Below the pieces are notes generated by a model. It did not search any database, had not been told where the DNA came from, and was given only the letters and a program-made list of their open reading frames with translations. The translations under genes and the position numbers were made by a program. From the IMG/VR virus record IMGVR_UViG_2563366928_000005, positions 1 through 39,863 of that record: 39,863 bases of DNA; one strand, written 5' to 3'. The stretch comes from a virus (Duplodnaviria; Heunggongvirae; Uroviricota; Caudoviricetes). Of the stretch, positions 8,888 through 16,766 are shown in pieces (within the stretch, counting starts at the first letter, position 1; every line of letters begins with the position of its first letter).

Positions 8888-9658
8888 ATGGAAACCGTAT
8901 CTGACGCACTGAAAGCACTGAAAAAAGCCTCTTCACATGTGGTGGCAGCTCGCCTTGGAATCAGTCGTGAAGAGGCTGTCAACGAGCTGTGGGAACTCAA
9001 AAGAAAAGGCGTCGTTGATAAAACTGGTCACACCTGGTTTCTGGCTGGCGAAGGTGAATCCCGGGTAACCGAAGAGCGGCCAGTAAAATCTGAAGCACAG
9101 GATATGCTGACCGGGGAGGTCGAACAAAAAGTTACCGCAGACATGATGATTGAGTTTATCGGTCAGGATGGGGCTAAAACGTGTGAGGAACTGGCGGGTA
9201 AGTTCGGTGTCAGTACTCGCAAGGTTGCTTCCACGCTGGCGGTGGTAACCGCAACGGGGCGGCTGGCACGCGTTAATCAGAACGGTAAATTTCGTTACTG
9301 CATGCCGGGCGATAATTTACCAGCAGAGCCGAAAGCCGCGCTGGTAACGGAAAGTGATGGTAAGGCCTTTCCTCAGCCAGCAGGTGCTGCGTTACCAGTC
9401 CGGGAAGCCGCAACACAGGAAGAAATTAAAACAGAAACTGTGGCGGACATTGTGCAGCCGTTGCCATCGTTTACCGAAACGCAAGCAGATGAGCTGATTT
9501 TTCCGTCCCTTCGCAGGGCAAACCTGGCGCTGCGCAGGGCGAAAAGTGATGTTCAGAAGTGGGAGCGAGTCTGCGCCGCGCTGCGGGAGCTGAACAAGCA
9601 CCGGGATATTGTTCGACAGATTACTGATTCTTCCCGCCGTGTTGTATCGGAAAAGTGA
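8888..9658 (+). CDS. Hypothetical protein
   Basis: 256-aa ORF with RBS; no recognised motif. Confidence 0.5.
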   Translation: METVSDALKALKKASSHVVAARLGISREEAVNELWELKRKGVVDKTGHTWFLAGEGESRVTEERPVKSEAQDMLTGEVEQKVTADMMIEFIGQDGAKTCEELAGKFGVSTRKVASTLAVVTATGRLARVNQNGKFRYCMPGDNLPAEPKAALVTESDGKAFPQPAGAALPVREAATQEEIKTETVADIVQPLPSFTETQADELIFPSLRRANLALRRAKSDVQKWERVCAALRELNKHRDIVRQITDSSRRVVSEK

Positions 9659-9673
9659 TTGCCGGAGGCGCTT

Positions 9674-10099
9674 ATGGCAAAAGTATTTACACAAGAAGAG
9701 CGGGAAAAAATTAAAGGGCAGGTTGTTGAACTTGTACGTCTGAGCGGTCGCGAGACGTTGCGGCAACTGGAAGCCAGGACAGGTGCGACAAGATATCTGA
9801 TGAGTGTTCTCGCCAGAGAGCTGGTTGCCAGTGGCGATGTATACAACTCTGGTTACGGGTTATTCCCGTCTGAACAGGCGCGTAAGGACTGGCAAAATGC
9901 TCGCAAAAAACTCTCAAGGGCAAAGGTGAAGAAACCTGCAGTGGTTGATCCGGACCTTATCTGGTCGTTACCAGACGGCGAAATACGCCGCTACGACAGG
10001 CGCCTGAATATAATCTGTCGCGAGTGCCGGAAGAGCGAAGCTATGCAGCGTGTACTGGCATTTTATCAAGGAAATGTTAGGTATTTTAGACGTTACTAG
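9674..10099 (+). CDS. Hypothetical protein
   Basis: ATG at 9674 with GGAGG RBS (track ORF starts at TTG 9659); about 141 aa, basic, no recognised motif. Confidence 0.45.
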   Translation: MAKVFTQEEREKIKGQVVELVRLSGRETLRQLEARTGATRYLMSVLARELVASGDVYNSGYGLFPSEQARKDWQNARKKLSRAKVKKPAVVDPDLIWSLPDGEIRRYDRRLNIICRECRKSEAMQRVLAFYQGNVRYFRRY

Positions 10100-10252
10100 A
10101 TTAAAGAGCATTAGTTCAGATGTGAATTGACATTTTCATGGCGCAGGGTAGAGCCAGCGTGGTTGTCCGCTTTGCGTCAAAACCAGATATTACCAGATTT
10201 AGACATATATTCCCGATAGACCTGCTCTGATGCTACACTCTGTGCTATTTTC

Positions 10253-10939
10253 ATGACCCCAATAAAAATATTTATGACTATTGCTGATTTCAAACGGCCT
10301 AAATTGGAGCTCCCAAACGGGGCAAACAAACTACTACTGCACTCTTGCTGTGCTCCATGTTCCGGTGAAGTGATGGAGGCGCTTCAGGCCTCGGGAATCG
10401 ACTACACCATCTTTTTCTACAACCCGAACATTCATCCTCAGAAAGAGTATTTAATTCGTAAGGATGAAAATATTCGCTTTGCTGAACAACACGGCGTGCC
10501 GTTTATCGATGCTGATTACGACACCGACAACTGGTTTGAACGTGCCAAAGGAATGGAATGGGAGCCTGAGAGGGGGATCCGTTGTACCATGTGTTTTGAC
10601 ATGCGTTTTGAGCGGACAGCGTTGTACGCTGCTGAAAATGGTTTCAGTGTGATCAGCAGTTCACTGGGCATTTCACGCTGGAAAAATATGCAGCAGGTTA
10701 ACGAGTGTGGGCGGCGAGCTGTTGCGCATTATCCGGGTATGGTGTACTGGGATTATAACTGGCGCAAGCAGGGCGGCTCGTCCCGTATGATTGAAATCAG
10801 CAAGCGCGAAAAATTCTATCAGCAGGAATATTGTGGCTGTGTGTATTCTCTGCGCGATACCAATCTACACCGCAAATCTCAGGGACGCCCTCTTATCAAA
10901 ATTGGCCAACTCCACTACGGAAAAGAAGAGAAGGAGTGA
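10253..10939 (+). CDS. queH: Epoxyqueuosine reductase QueH-like (DUF208)
   Basis: Translation carries [28 protein letters not shown] and YCGCVYS, matching the conserved Cys-rich signature of QueH as I recall it. Confidence 0.75.
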   Translation: MTPIKIFMTIADFKRPKLELPNGANKLLLHSCCAPCSGEVMEALQASGIDYTIFFYNPNIHPQKEYLIRKDENIRFAEQHGVPFIDADYDTDNWFERAKGMEWEPERGIRCTMCFDMRFERTALYAAENGFSVISSSLGISRWKNMQQVNECGRRAVAHYPGMVYWDYNWRKQGGSSRMIEISKREKFYQQEYCGCVYSLRDTNLHRKSQGRPLIKIGQLHYGKEEKE

Positions 10940-11176
10940 TTTTATGGATCACCTTTCTGATTGATTTCATATTGGCGAGGTGACGTGAGTTAAGTAGAAT
11001 GGCTGCGGGTGCTTGAGGCTATCTGTCTCAGGCATGAACACTGAAAGGCAGATAGAGAAAAGCCCCAGTTAACATTTCGCGTCCTGCAAGACGCTTAACA
11101 TTAATCTGAGGCCCAATCTATGTCTCACAAATGTAGGTTAGCCTCTTACGTGCCGAAAGGCAAGGGGAAGCAGGCT

Positions 11177-11332
11177 ATGAAGCAGCAAAAGGCGATGTTA
11201 ATCGCCCTGATCGTCATCTGTTTAACCGTCATAGTGACGGCACTGGTAACGAGGAAAGACCTCTGCGAGGTACGACTCCGAACCGGCCAGACGGAGGTCG
11301 CTGTCTTCACAGCTTACGAACCTGAGGAGTAA
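11177..11332 (+). CDS. hok: Hok/Gef-family type I toxin
   Basis: MKQQKAMLIALIVICLTVIVTALVTRKDLCEVRLRTGQTEVAVFTAYEPEE is nearly identical to HokD/RelF as I recall it; followed by a strong terminator. Confidence 0.85.
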   Translation: MKQQKAMLIALIVICLTVIVTALVTRKDLCEVRLRTGQTEVAVFTAYEPEE

Positions 11333-11400
11333 GAGACCTGGCGGGGGAGAAATCCCTCGCCACCTCTGATGTGTCAGGCATCCTCAACGCACCCGCACTT

Positions 11401-11430
11401 AACCCGCTTCGGCGGGTTTTGTTTTTTTCT
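11401..11430 (+). terminator. Rho-independent terminator after hok
   Basis: AACCCGC-TTCG-GCGGGTT perfect 7-bp stem followed by a T-rich run. Confidence 0.7.
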
Positions 11431-11499
11431 GGCATTCTGGTTTACAATTCGCACGTCAGCCTGAACACCTGACACCTGCTGCGCCAGCAGAGAAAACAG

Positions 11500-11772
11500 A
11501 TGGCGCACAAAACCAAATTTCACAATTCTGATACCGACCTTGCCATCCGGCATGGGCGGCGTTCACACGCATTTAAAACCGACTGGTACCAACACCCACC
11601 ATGTACTGAAGAACAGGCCGAATGGCTAATTCATAACTACCGCAGACGCGGATACGAGATTAAGAAAGCCCTCAGCCTCGATTATCGTCACTGGATAATC
11701 TCCGTCAGGCTTCCTTACTCTGAACGCCCACCGCGTCCGTCCCGCACATTCCAGCAACGCATCTGGAGGTAA
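11500..11772 (+). CDS. Hypothetical protein
   Basis: 90-aa ORF directly upstream of and abutting the DUF968 gene. Confidence 0.35.
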   Translation: MAHKTKFHNSDTDLAIRHGRRSHAFKTDWYQHPPCTEEQAEWLIHNYRRRGYEIKKALSLDYRHWIISVRLPYSERPPRPSRTFQQRIWR

Positions 11773-11773
11773 C

Positions 11774-12829
11774 GTGCGGGTATTACTTCGACCTGTTCTG
11801 GTACCGGAACTCGGGCTGGTGATCGTTAAGCCGGGCCGTGAATCCATGCCGGTATTCCACAATACCCGGGTACTGGTGGAGCCGGAACCGAAAAGCATGC
11901 GTAATCTGCCGTCCGGGGTCGTTCCTGCCGTTCGCCAGCCGCTGGCGGAGGATAAATCATTACTGCCATTTTTCAGCGACGAACGAGTGATTCGTGCTGC
12001 TGGTGGCGCTGGCGCATTGTCTGACTGGTTACTGCGCCATGTTAAATCCTGCCAGTGGCCACACGGCGATTATCACCACAGTGAAACCGTCATTCACCGT
12101 TATGGTACCGGCGCAATGGTGTTGTGCTGGCACTGCGACAACCAGCTGCGCGACCAGACCTCCGAATCACTCGGGCAACTTGCTCACCAAAACCTGTCTG
12201 CATGGATGATTGACGTCATACGCCATGCAATGAATGGCTCGCAGGAACGGGAATTATCGCTGGCTGAATTATCCTGGTGGGCGGTCCGCAATCAGGTGGC
12301 GGACGCGCTACCGGAAGCGGTATTACGTCGTTCGCTGGGGTTGCGTGCGGAAAAAATCCGCTCAATGTACCGTGAAAGCGACATCGTACCGGGAGAGCAG
12401 ACCGCCACCAGCATACTGAAGCAGCGCACAAAAAATCTTGCGCCGCTGCCTCACGCCCACCAGCAAAACCCGCCACAGGAAAAGACGGTGGTCAGCATTG
12501 CCGTTGATCCGGAGTCACCGGCTCAGTATCTCCAGCGCCAGAAATCACAACGGGAAGAGATGCCTGTATACACGCGTTGGGTAAAAACGCAGAAATGCAT
12601 GACGTGTGGCAATCAGGCAGATGATCCGCATCACATCATTGGTCATGGACTGGGAGGGATGGGAACAAAGGCTGATGATTTGTTTGTTATTCCGCTGTGC
12701 CGTAAATGCCATAGCGAACTACACGCCGGGGTAAAAGATTTTGAAGAAAAACACGGCAGCCAGCTGTTGTTGCTGATTCGTTTTTTAATGCACGCGAGAA
12801 ATTCGGGTGTTCTGAAGTGGAAAGCATAA
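11774..12829 (+). CDS. DUF968-like protein with C-terminal HNH-type motif
   Basis: 351 aa; C-terminal CGNQADDPHHIIGHG...CRKCHSELH resembles an HNH nuclease motif; size and position recall YdfU-like prophage proteins. Confidence 0.55.
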   Translation: MRVLLRPVLVPELGLVIVKPGRESMPVFHNTRVLVEPEPKSMRNLPSGVVPAVRQPLAEDKSLLPFFSDERVIRAAGGAGALSDWLLRHVKSCQWPHGDYHHSETVIHRYGTGAMVLCWHCDNQLRDQTSESLGQLAHQNLSAWMIDVIRHAMNGSQERELSLAELSWWAVRNQVADALPEAVLRRSLGLRAEKIRSMYRESDIVPGEQTATSILKQRTKNLAPLPHAHQQNPPQEKTVVSIAVDPESPAQYLQRQKSQREEMPVYTRWVKTQKCMTCGNQADDPHHIIGHGLGGMGTKADDLFVIPLCRKCHSELHAGVKDFEEKHGSQLLLLIRFLMHARNSGVLKWKA

Positions 12830-13195
12830 ATGACTGAACGCATAGAATTTGTTTTGCCTTACCCGCCAACGGTGAACACTTACTGGCGACGTCGTGGCAG
12901 CACATATTTTGTATCAAAAGTCGGTGAGCGTTATCGCCGTGATGTGGCGCTTATTGTTCGCCAGCAGCAACTGAAATTAAACCTGTCCGGAAGGCCGGCA
13001 ATAGAAATTATTGCAGAGCCACCGGATAAGCGCCGTCGTGACCTGGACAATATCCTGAAGGCACCACTGGATGTACTGACGCATGCGGGGCTGCTCATAG
13101 ACGACGAGCAGTTTGATGAAATTAATATTGTGCGCGGTCAGCTTGTTCCTGGTGGGCGGTTGGGGATAAAAATCACAGAACTGGAGTACGCATGA
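12830..13195 (+). CDS. rusA: Holliday junction resolvase RusA
   Basis: 121 aa; DKRRRDLDNILKAPLDVLTHAGLLIDDEQ and GGRLGIKITELE closely parallel RusA. Confidence 0.85.
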   Translation: MTERIEFVLPYPPTVNTYWRRRGSTYFVSKVGERYRRDVALIVRQQQLKLNLSGRPAIEIIAEPPDKRRRDLDNILKAPLDVLTHAGLLIDDEQFDEINIVRGQLVPGGRLGIKITELEYA

Positions 13196-13881
13196 ATAAC
13201 CAGTATTTACAGTTTGTTCGTGAGCAACTCATGATTGCCACCGCCGATTTGAGTGGATCAACAAAAGGGCAGCTTGAGGCCTGGCAGGAGAATGCCATGT
13301 TTGATACAGGGCGTTACAGGCGTAAAAAAATCCGGTACCGCGATGAAGTGACTGGAAAAATGATAACGCGGGATAATCCACCAATCCCGGGAAAGCAATC
13401 GCTGGCGAAGGGGGTGTCAATTCCTCTCGTCAGTCCGGTTGAGTTTTCGACATCATCGTGGCGGCGGGCTGTTCTGTCTCTTGAAGAACATCATAAAGCC
13501 TGGTTGTTGTGGTGTTACAGCGGGAGTATTTGTTGGGAATATCAGATCGCGATAACGCAGTGGGTGTGGAATGAATTTAAAACCCGGTACGGCACCAGAA
13601 AAATTGCAGGGAAAACGCAGGAGCGCGTGAAGAAGTTGATCTGGCTGGCGGCACAGGATGTCAGAGGATGGATTACCGGGTGTGAGGTCTACCAGAGACA
13701 GGAGCTTGCCAGACTGTGTGGAGTTAAGCCTGATAACTGGAGCCATAATTATGCGAACTACTGGCGTGAGATGTGCGATATTTTTAAGAGTCTCGATAGA
13801 GAATCTGTGATTTGCACCGTGAAAATAAGAGCGCAACAAAAAGCGACTTTTTCACGACGAGATATTGCAAAAGTCAATTAA
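13192..13881 (+). CDS. Putative late antiterminator, Q-like (by position)
   Basis: 229 aa, overlaps the rusA stop (ATGA), last gene before a terminator; no lambda-Q zinc-finger motif seen. Confidence 0.4.
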   Translation: MNNQYLQFVREQLMIATADLSGSTKGQLEAWQENAMFDTGRYRRKKIRYRDEVTGKMITRDNPPIPGKQSLAKGVSIPLVSPVEFSTSSWRRAVLSLEEHHKAWLLWCYSGSICWEYQIAITQWVWNEFKTRYGTRKIAGKTQERVKKLIWLAAQDVRGWITGCEVYQRQELARLCGVKPDNWSHNYANYWREMCDIFKSLDRESVICTVKIRAQQKATFSRRDIAKVN

Positions 13882-13942
13882 ATAGCGTACGTTTCGTATA
13901 AATCTGATATTTTGCCGATTTTGTACGCGATGGCAAAGTAAG

Positions 13943-13973
13943 AAAAAAAACTGCCGTCAGGCGGTTTTTTTTT
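13943..13973. terminator. Rho-independent terminator, bidirectional in appearance
   Basis: A8 run, CTGCC-GTCA-GGCGG hairpin, T9 run. Confidence 0.6.
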
Positions 13974-14095
13974 ATGCCCAAAATCGCGTCAGTACAGTAA
14001 ACACGCTGGTGGTTGCGAATACGGGTCTTTCAGCTTGCTGGCTTTTTCGACAAGAGTTATTGGTATGTCACGTTAACCGGAAAAAGGAAAAAGAC

Positions 14096-14293
14096 ATGCT
14101 AAAACAGCAGGATATGACAGAAACCGCCAGAGTGGTGTTTAATGAATTAAGCGTTACCGAACCGGCGACAGTCGGGGAGATAGCGCAGAATACTTACCTT
14201 TCACGCGAACGCTGCCAGTTAATACTGACCCAGCTGGTTATGGCGGGTCTGGCAGACTATCAGTTCGGTTGTTACAGACGCCTTCAGTCCTGA
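14096..14293 (+). CDS. Small hypothetical protein, possible DNA-binding
   Basis: ATG at 14096 after AAGGAAAAAG; 65 aa; stop lies inside the terminator hairpin. Confidence 0.35.
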   Translation: MLKQQDMTETARVVFNELSVTEPATVGEIAQNTYLSRERCQLILTQLVMAGLADYQFGCYRRLQS

Positions 14294-14308
14294 AGGCTTT
14301 TTTATTTG
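14278..14308 (+). terminator. Rho-independent terminator
   Basis: GCCTTC-AGTCCT-GAAGGC hairpin followed by TTTTTTATTT. Confidence 0.55.
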
Positions 14309-14443
14309 TGGTAAATGGGCGGCTGGTGGGTGTTAGGGGCACCCACCAGCCATCTGCTCATGCGTTGGGTTCACAAGCAAACCTCAGGCCCACTGCTTTG
14401 CGCAAAAGCAGAATGAGCCTATCAGAGACAGGCTTAATGATCC

Positions 14444-15493
14444 ATGCTTAATACTGTAAAAATATCCAGTTGTGAGTTAATCAACGCCGACTGCCTGGAA
14501 TTTATCCGGTCGTTACCCGAAAATTCTGTTGACCTGATAGTCACGGACCCGCCGTACTTTAAAGTGAAGCCTGAGGGCTGGGATAACCAGTGGAAGGGCG
14601 ACGATGATTACCTGAAGTGGCTGGACCAGTGTCTGGCGCAGTTCTGGCGGGTGCTGAAACCTGTCGGAAGTCTTTACCTGTTCTGTGGTCATCGCCTGGC
14701 ATCTGATATCGAAATCATGATGCGTGAACGCTTCAGTGTGCTGAACCATATTATCTGGGCGAAGCCGTCCGGACGCTGGAACGGATGCAACAAGGAAAGC
14801 CTGCGGGCGTATTTCCCCGCCACAGAGCGCATTCTGTTCGCGGAACATTATCAGGGGCCGTATCGTCCGAAAGATGCCGGGTATGCGGCGAAGGGCAGTG
14901 CACTGAAACAGCATGTGATGGCCCCGCTGATTTCTTACTTTCGTGATGCGCGCGCTGCCCTGGGGATAACGGCAAAACAGATTGCAGATGCCACAGGAAA
15001 GAAAAACATGGTGTCGCACTGGTTCAGTGCCAGTCAGTGGCAGCTACCGAACGAAAGCGATTATCTGAAATTACAGTCGCTGTTTGCCCGGGTGGCAGAA
15101 GAGAAACATCAGCGCGGTGAACTGGAAAAGCCCCACCACCAGCTGGTGGATACGTATACGTCACTGAACCGGCAGTATGTGGAGCTGCAGAGTGAATATA
15201 AGCATCTGCGGCGGTATTTTGGTGTGACGGCGCAGGTGCCGTACACGGATGTGTGGACACATAAACCGGTGCAGTTCTATCCCGGGAAACATCCGTGCGA
15301 AAAACCGGCAGAAATGCTGCAGCAGATAATCAGCGCAAGCAGTCGTCCGGGTGACCTGGTTGCAGATTTTTTTATGGGCTCAGGTTCAACGGTAAAAGCG
15401 GCACTGGCGCTTGGGCGTCGTGCGATTGGCGTTGAACTGGAGACCGGACGTTTTGAGCAGACAGTCAGGGAAGTTCAGGATTTAATCGTTTGA
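14444..15493 (+). CDS. DNA methyltransferase, beta-class amino-MTase (N6-adenine or N4-cytosine)
   Basis: DPPY motif (LIVTDPPYF) near the N-terminus and FxGxG SAM-binding motif (DFFMGSGST) near the C-terminus; no adjacent endonuclease. Confidence 0.85.
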   Translation: MLNTVKISSCELINADCLEFIRSLPENSVDLIVTDPPYFKVKPEGWDNQWKGDDDYLKWLDQCLAQFWRVLKPVGSLYLFCGHRLASDIEIMMRERFSVLNHIIWAKPSGRWNGCNKESLRAYFPATERILFAEHYQGPYRPKDAGYAAKGSALKQHVMAPLISYFRDARAALGITAKQIADATGKKNMVSHWFSASQWQLPNESDYLKLQSLFARVAEEKHQRGELEKPHHQLVDTYTSLNRQYVELQSEYKHLRRYFGVTAQVPYTDVWTHKPVQFYPGKHPCEKPAEMLQQIISASSRPGDLVADFFMGSGSTVKAALALGRRAIGVELETGRFEQTVREVQDLIV

Positions 15494-15543
15494 AACGGAT
15501 GAGATTGCAGAATTAATTACGCACCATTATTATTCTGCTCCCG

Positions 15544-15618
15544 GCCCTTTAGCTCAGTGGTGAGAGCGAGCGACTCATAATCGCCAGGTCGCTGGTTCAA
15601 ATCCAGCAAGGGCCACCA
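15544..15618 (+). tRNA. tRNA with CAT anticodon, most similar to tRNA-Ile2 (lysidine type); Met not excluded
   Basis: Cloverleaf folded by hand: acceptor GGCCCTT/AAGGGCC, D-arm, anticodon loop CTCATAA, T-arm GCTGG-TTCAAAT-CCAGC, encoded CCA. Confidence 0.85.
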
Positions 15619-15625
15619 TCACATA

Positions 15626-15702
15626 CCGCCATTAGCTCATCAGGAAAGAGCGCCAGCTTTCGAAGCTGGTTGCGCGGAGTTCGGGTCCCCGAAGGCGGTC
15701 CA
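15626..15702 (+). tRNA. tRNA-Arg-like (anticodon TCG), imperfect stems; possibly degenerate
   Basis: Acceptor CCGCCAT/AAGGCGG has one A-A mismatch; anticodon stem CCAGC/GCTGG, loop TTTCGAA; T-stem has one mismatch and atypical loop TTCGGGT; CCA encoded. Confidence 0.5.
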
Positions 15703-15715
15703 TTATCTGTATCCT

Positions 15716-15792
15716 GCGTTGTTAGCTCAGCCGGACAGAGCAATTGCCTTCTAAGCAATCGGTCACTGGTTCGAATCCAGTACAACGCGCCA
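15716..15792 (+). tRNA. tRNA-Arg (anticodon TCT)
   Basis: Acceptor GCGTTGT/ACAACGC, anticodon stem-loop ATTGC-CTTCTAA-GCAAT, T-arm ACTGG-TTCGAAT-CCAGT, encoded CCA. Confidence 0.9.
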
Positions 15793-15835
15793 CACTTATT
15801 TTCCCTGGCTCGCTTTTGCGGGCTTTTTTTAAATG

Positions 15836-16052
15836 TCTCACAATTCAGGCGGTTGACTGTTGTCTGGTTTGCGGGGAGTTTGTTAAAAGAAACTGGCATG
15901 GTGAATCCCCCTGTGCGGAGGGGCAATCAGCGAGTAGGTATATGGGATAATCGCGGATTCAGGTGCTGGTACTGAATTCACCGGGAGGCACCCGGCACCA
16001 TGCAATGGCACATAGCGCCACTCTCCAGCCCCTCTCCGGAGGGGCTTTTCTG
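15836..16052 (+). repeat. Promoter/terminator-like module, copy 1
   Basis: Blocks shared with copy 2: CTCACAATTCAG + TTGACT (15853..15858), TTTGTTAAAA, GCATGGTGAATCCCCCTG-GCGGAGGGGC hairpin, CACCGGGAGGCACCCGGCACCATG, terminator-like CCCCTCTCCGGAGGGGCTTTT (16029..16049). Confidence 0.6.
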
Positions 16053-16240
16053 TGCCGGATACATCACAGTTTCTGGAACCTTAGGTACTACAGTATCAGT
16101 CAGGGTGCTATATTTTCAGATGTGATGAAAGCCTGTCAGCAGGCAGGGCGTATCGGAAATGACCCAGTAGAGAAAACGTTGACTCAGATACCGGTGCTGA
16201 GTTACCGGGAAACCGGCATCACATGACCGCTATCCTTCCA

Positions 16241-16267
16241 GGCCCATCCGCTCCGGTGGGCCTTTTT
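16241..16267 (+). terminator. Rho-independent terminator after two short ORFs
   Basis: GGCCCA-10 nt loop-TGGGCC followed by TTTTT. Confidence 0.55.
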
Positions 16268-16304
16268 ACTGCAGAAAACAGGTTCCCCGTTAAATGCTAT
16301 GTTG

Positions 16305-16540
16305 CTCACAATTCAGTAAGTTGACAGTTGCCTGTCAGACTGGGCATTTGTTAAAAAAATTTCGCATGGTGAATCCCCCTGAGCGGAGGGGCGACTGGTG
16401 ACGGTATAATCTCTGATTATCAAAACGAGAATGACGCGGGTTTAGTGGCACCGGGCTGAACTCACCGGGAGGCACCCGGCACCATGTGCATGATGATACA
16501 GATACGCGGCTTTAGCCCCTCTCCGGAGGGGCTTTCTTAT
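16305..16540 (+). repeat. Promoter/terminator-like module, copy 2
   Basis: Same five blocks as copy 1; consensus TTGACA at 16321..16326 and TATAAT at 16405..16410 (too far apart to pair); terminator-like hairpin at 16516..16538. Confidence 0.6.
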
Positions 16541-16766
16541 GGACAAAAAAAGCCCGCGCTGGGAGACGCGGGCGGCAAGGAATAAACAATAAAACGTGAA
16601 GTAATATTTCAGCTGGCGAATAATACCCCATAGTAATCACTCTGCGCAACTGCGCGGTCTTTTTCGAATTGCGGGCTGTAGTCTCCCTTCTGCCATTGTC
16701 CTGTAACTTCCGGACTTCAGCCTGCTCCTTATCTGACTCACAACATTATCCCGCCCGGGAGGATTC

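Noticed and set aside
11120-11332. 70-aa ORF as a mok-type overlapping reading frame
   Set aside because: It is an in-frame N-terminal extension of hok rather than a separate frame; the hok start at 11177 is preferred.
15597-15926. 109-aa minus-strand ORF
   Set aside because: Overlaps all three tRNA genes on the opposite strand.
15963-16226. 87-aa plus-strand ORF taken as one gene
   Set aside because: It runs through two conserved hairpin blocks of repeat module 1; better explained as regulatory elements plus at most two short coupled ORFs (16000..16125, 16125..16226).
15793-16766. Shiga toxin genes stxAB in the slot between tRNAs and the esterase
   Set aside because: No ORF of suitable size with a signal peptide is present; the slot holds repeat modules and short ORFs only.
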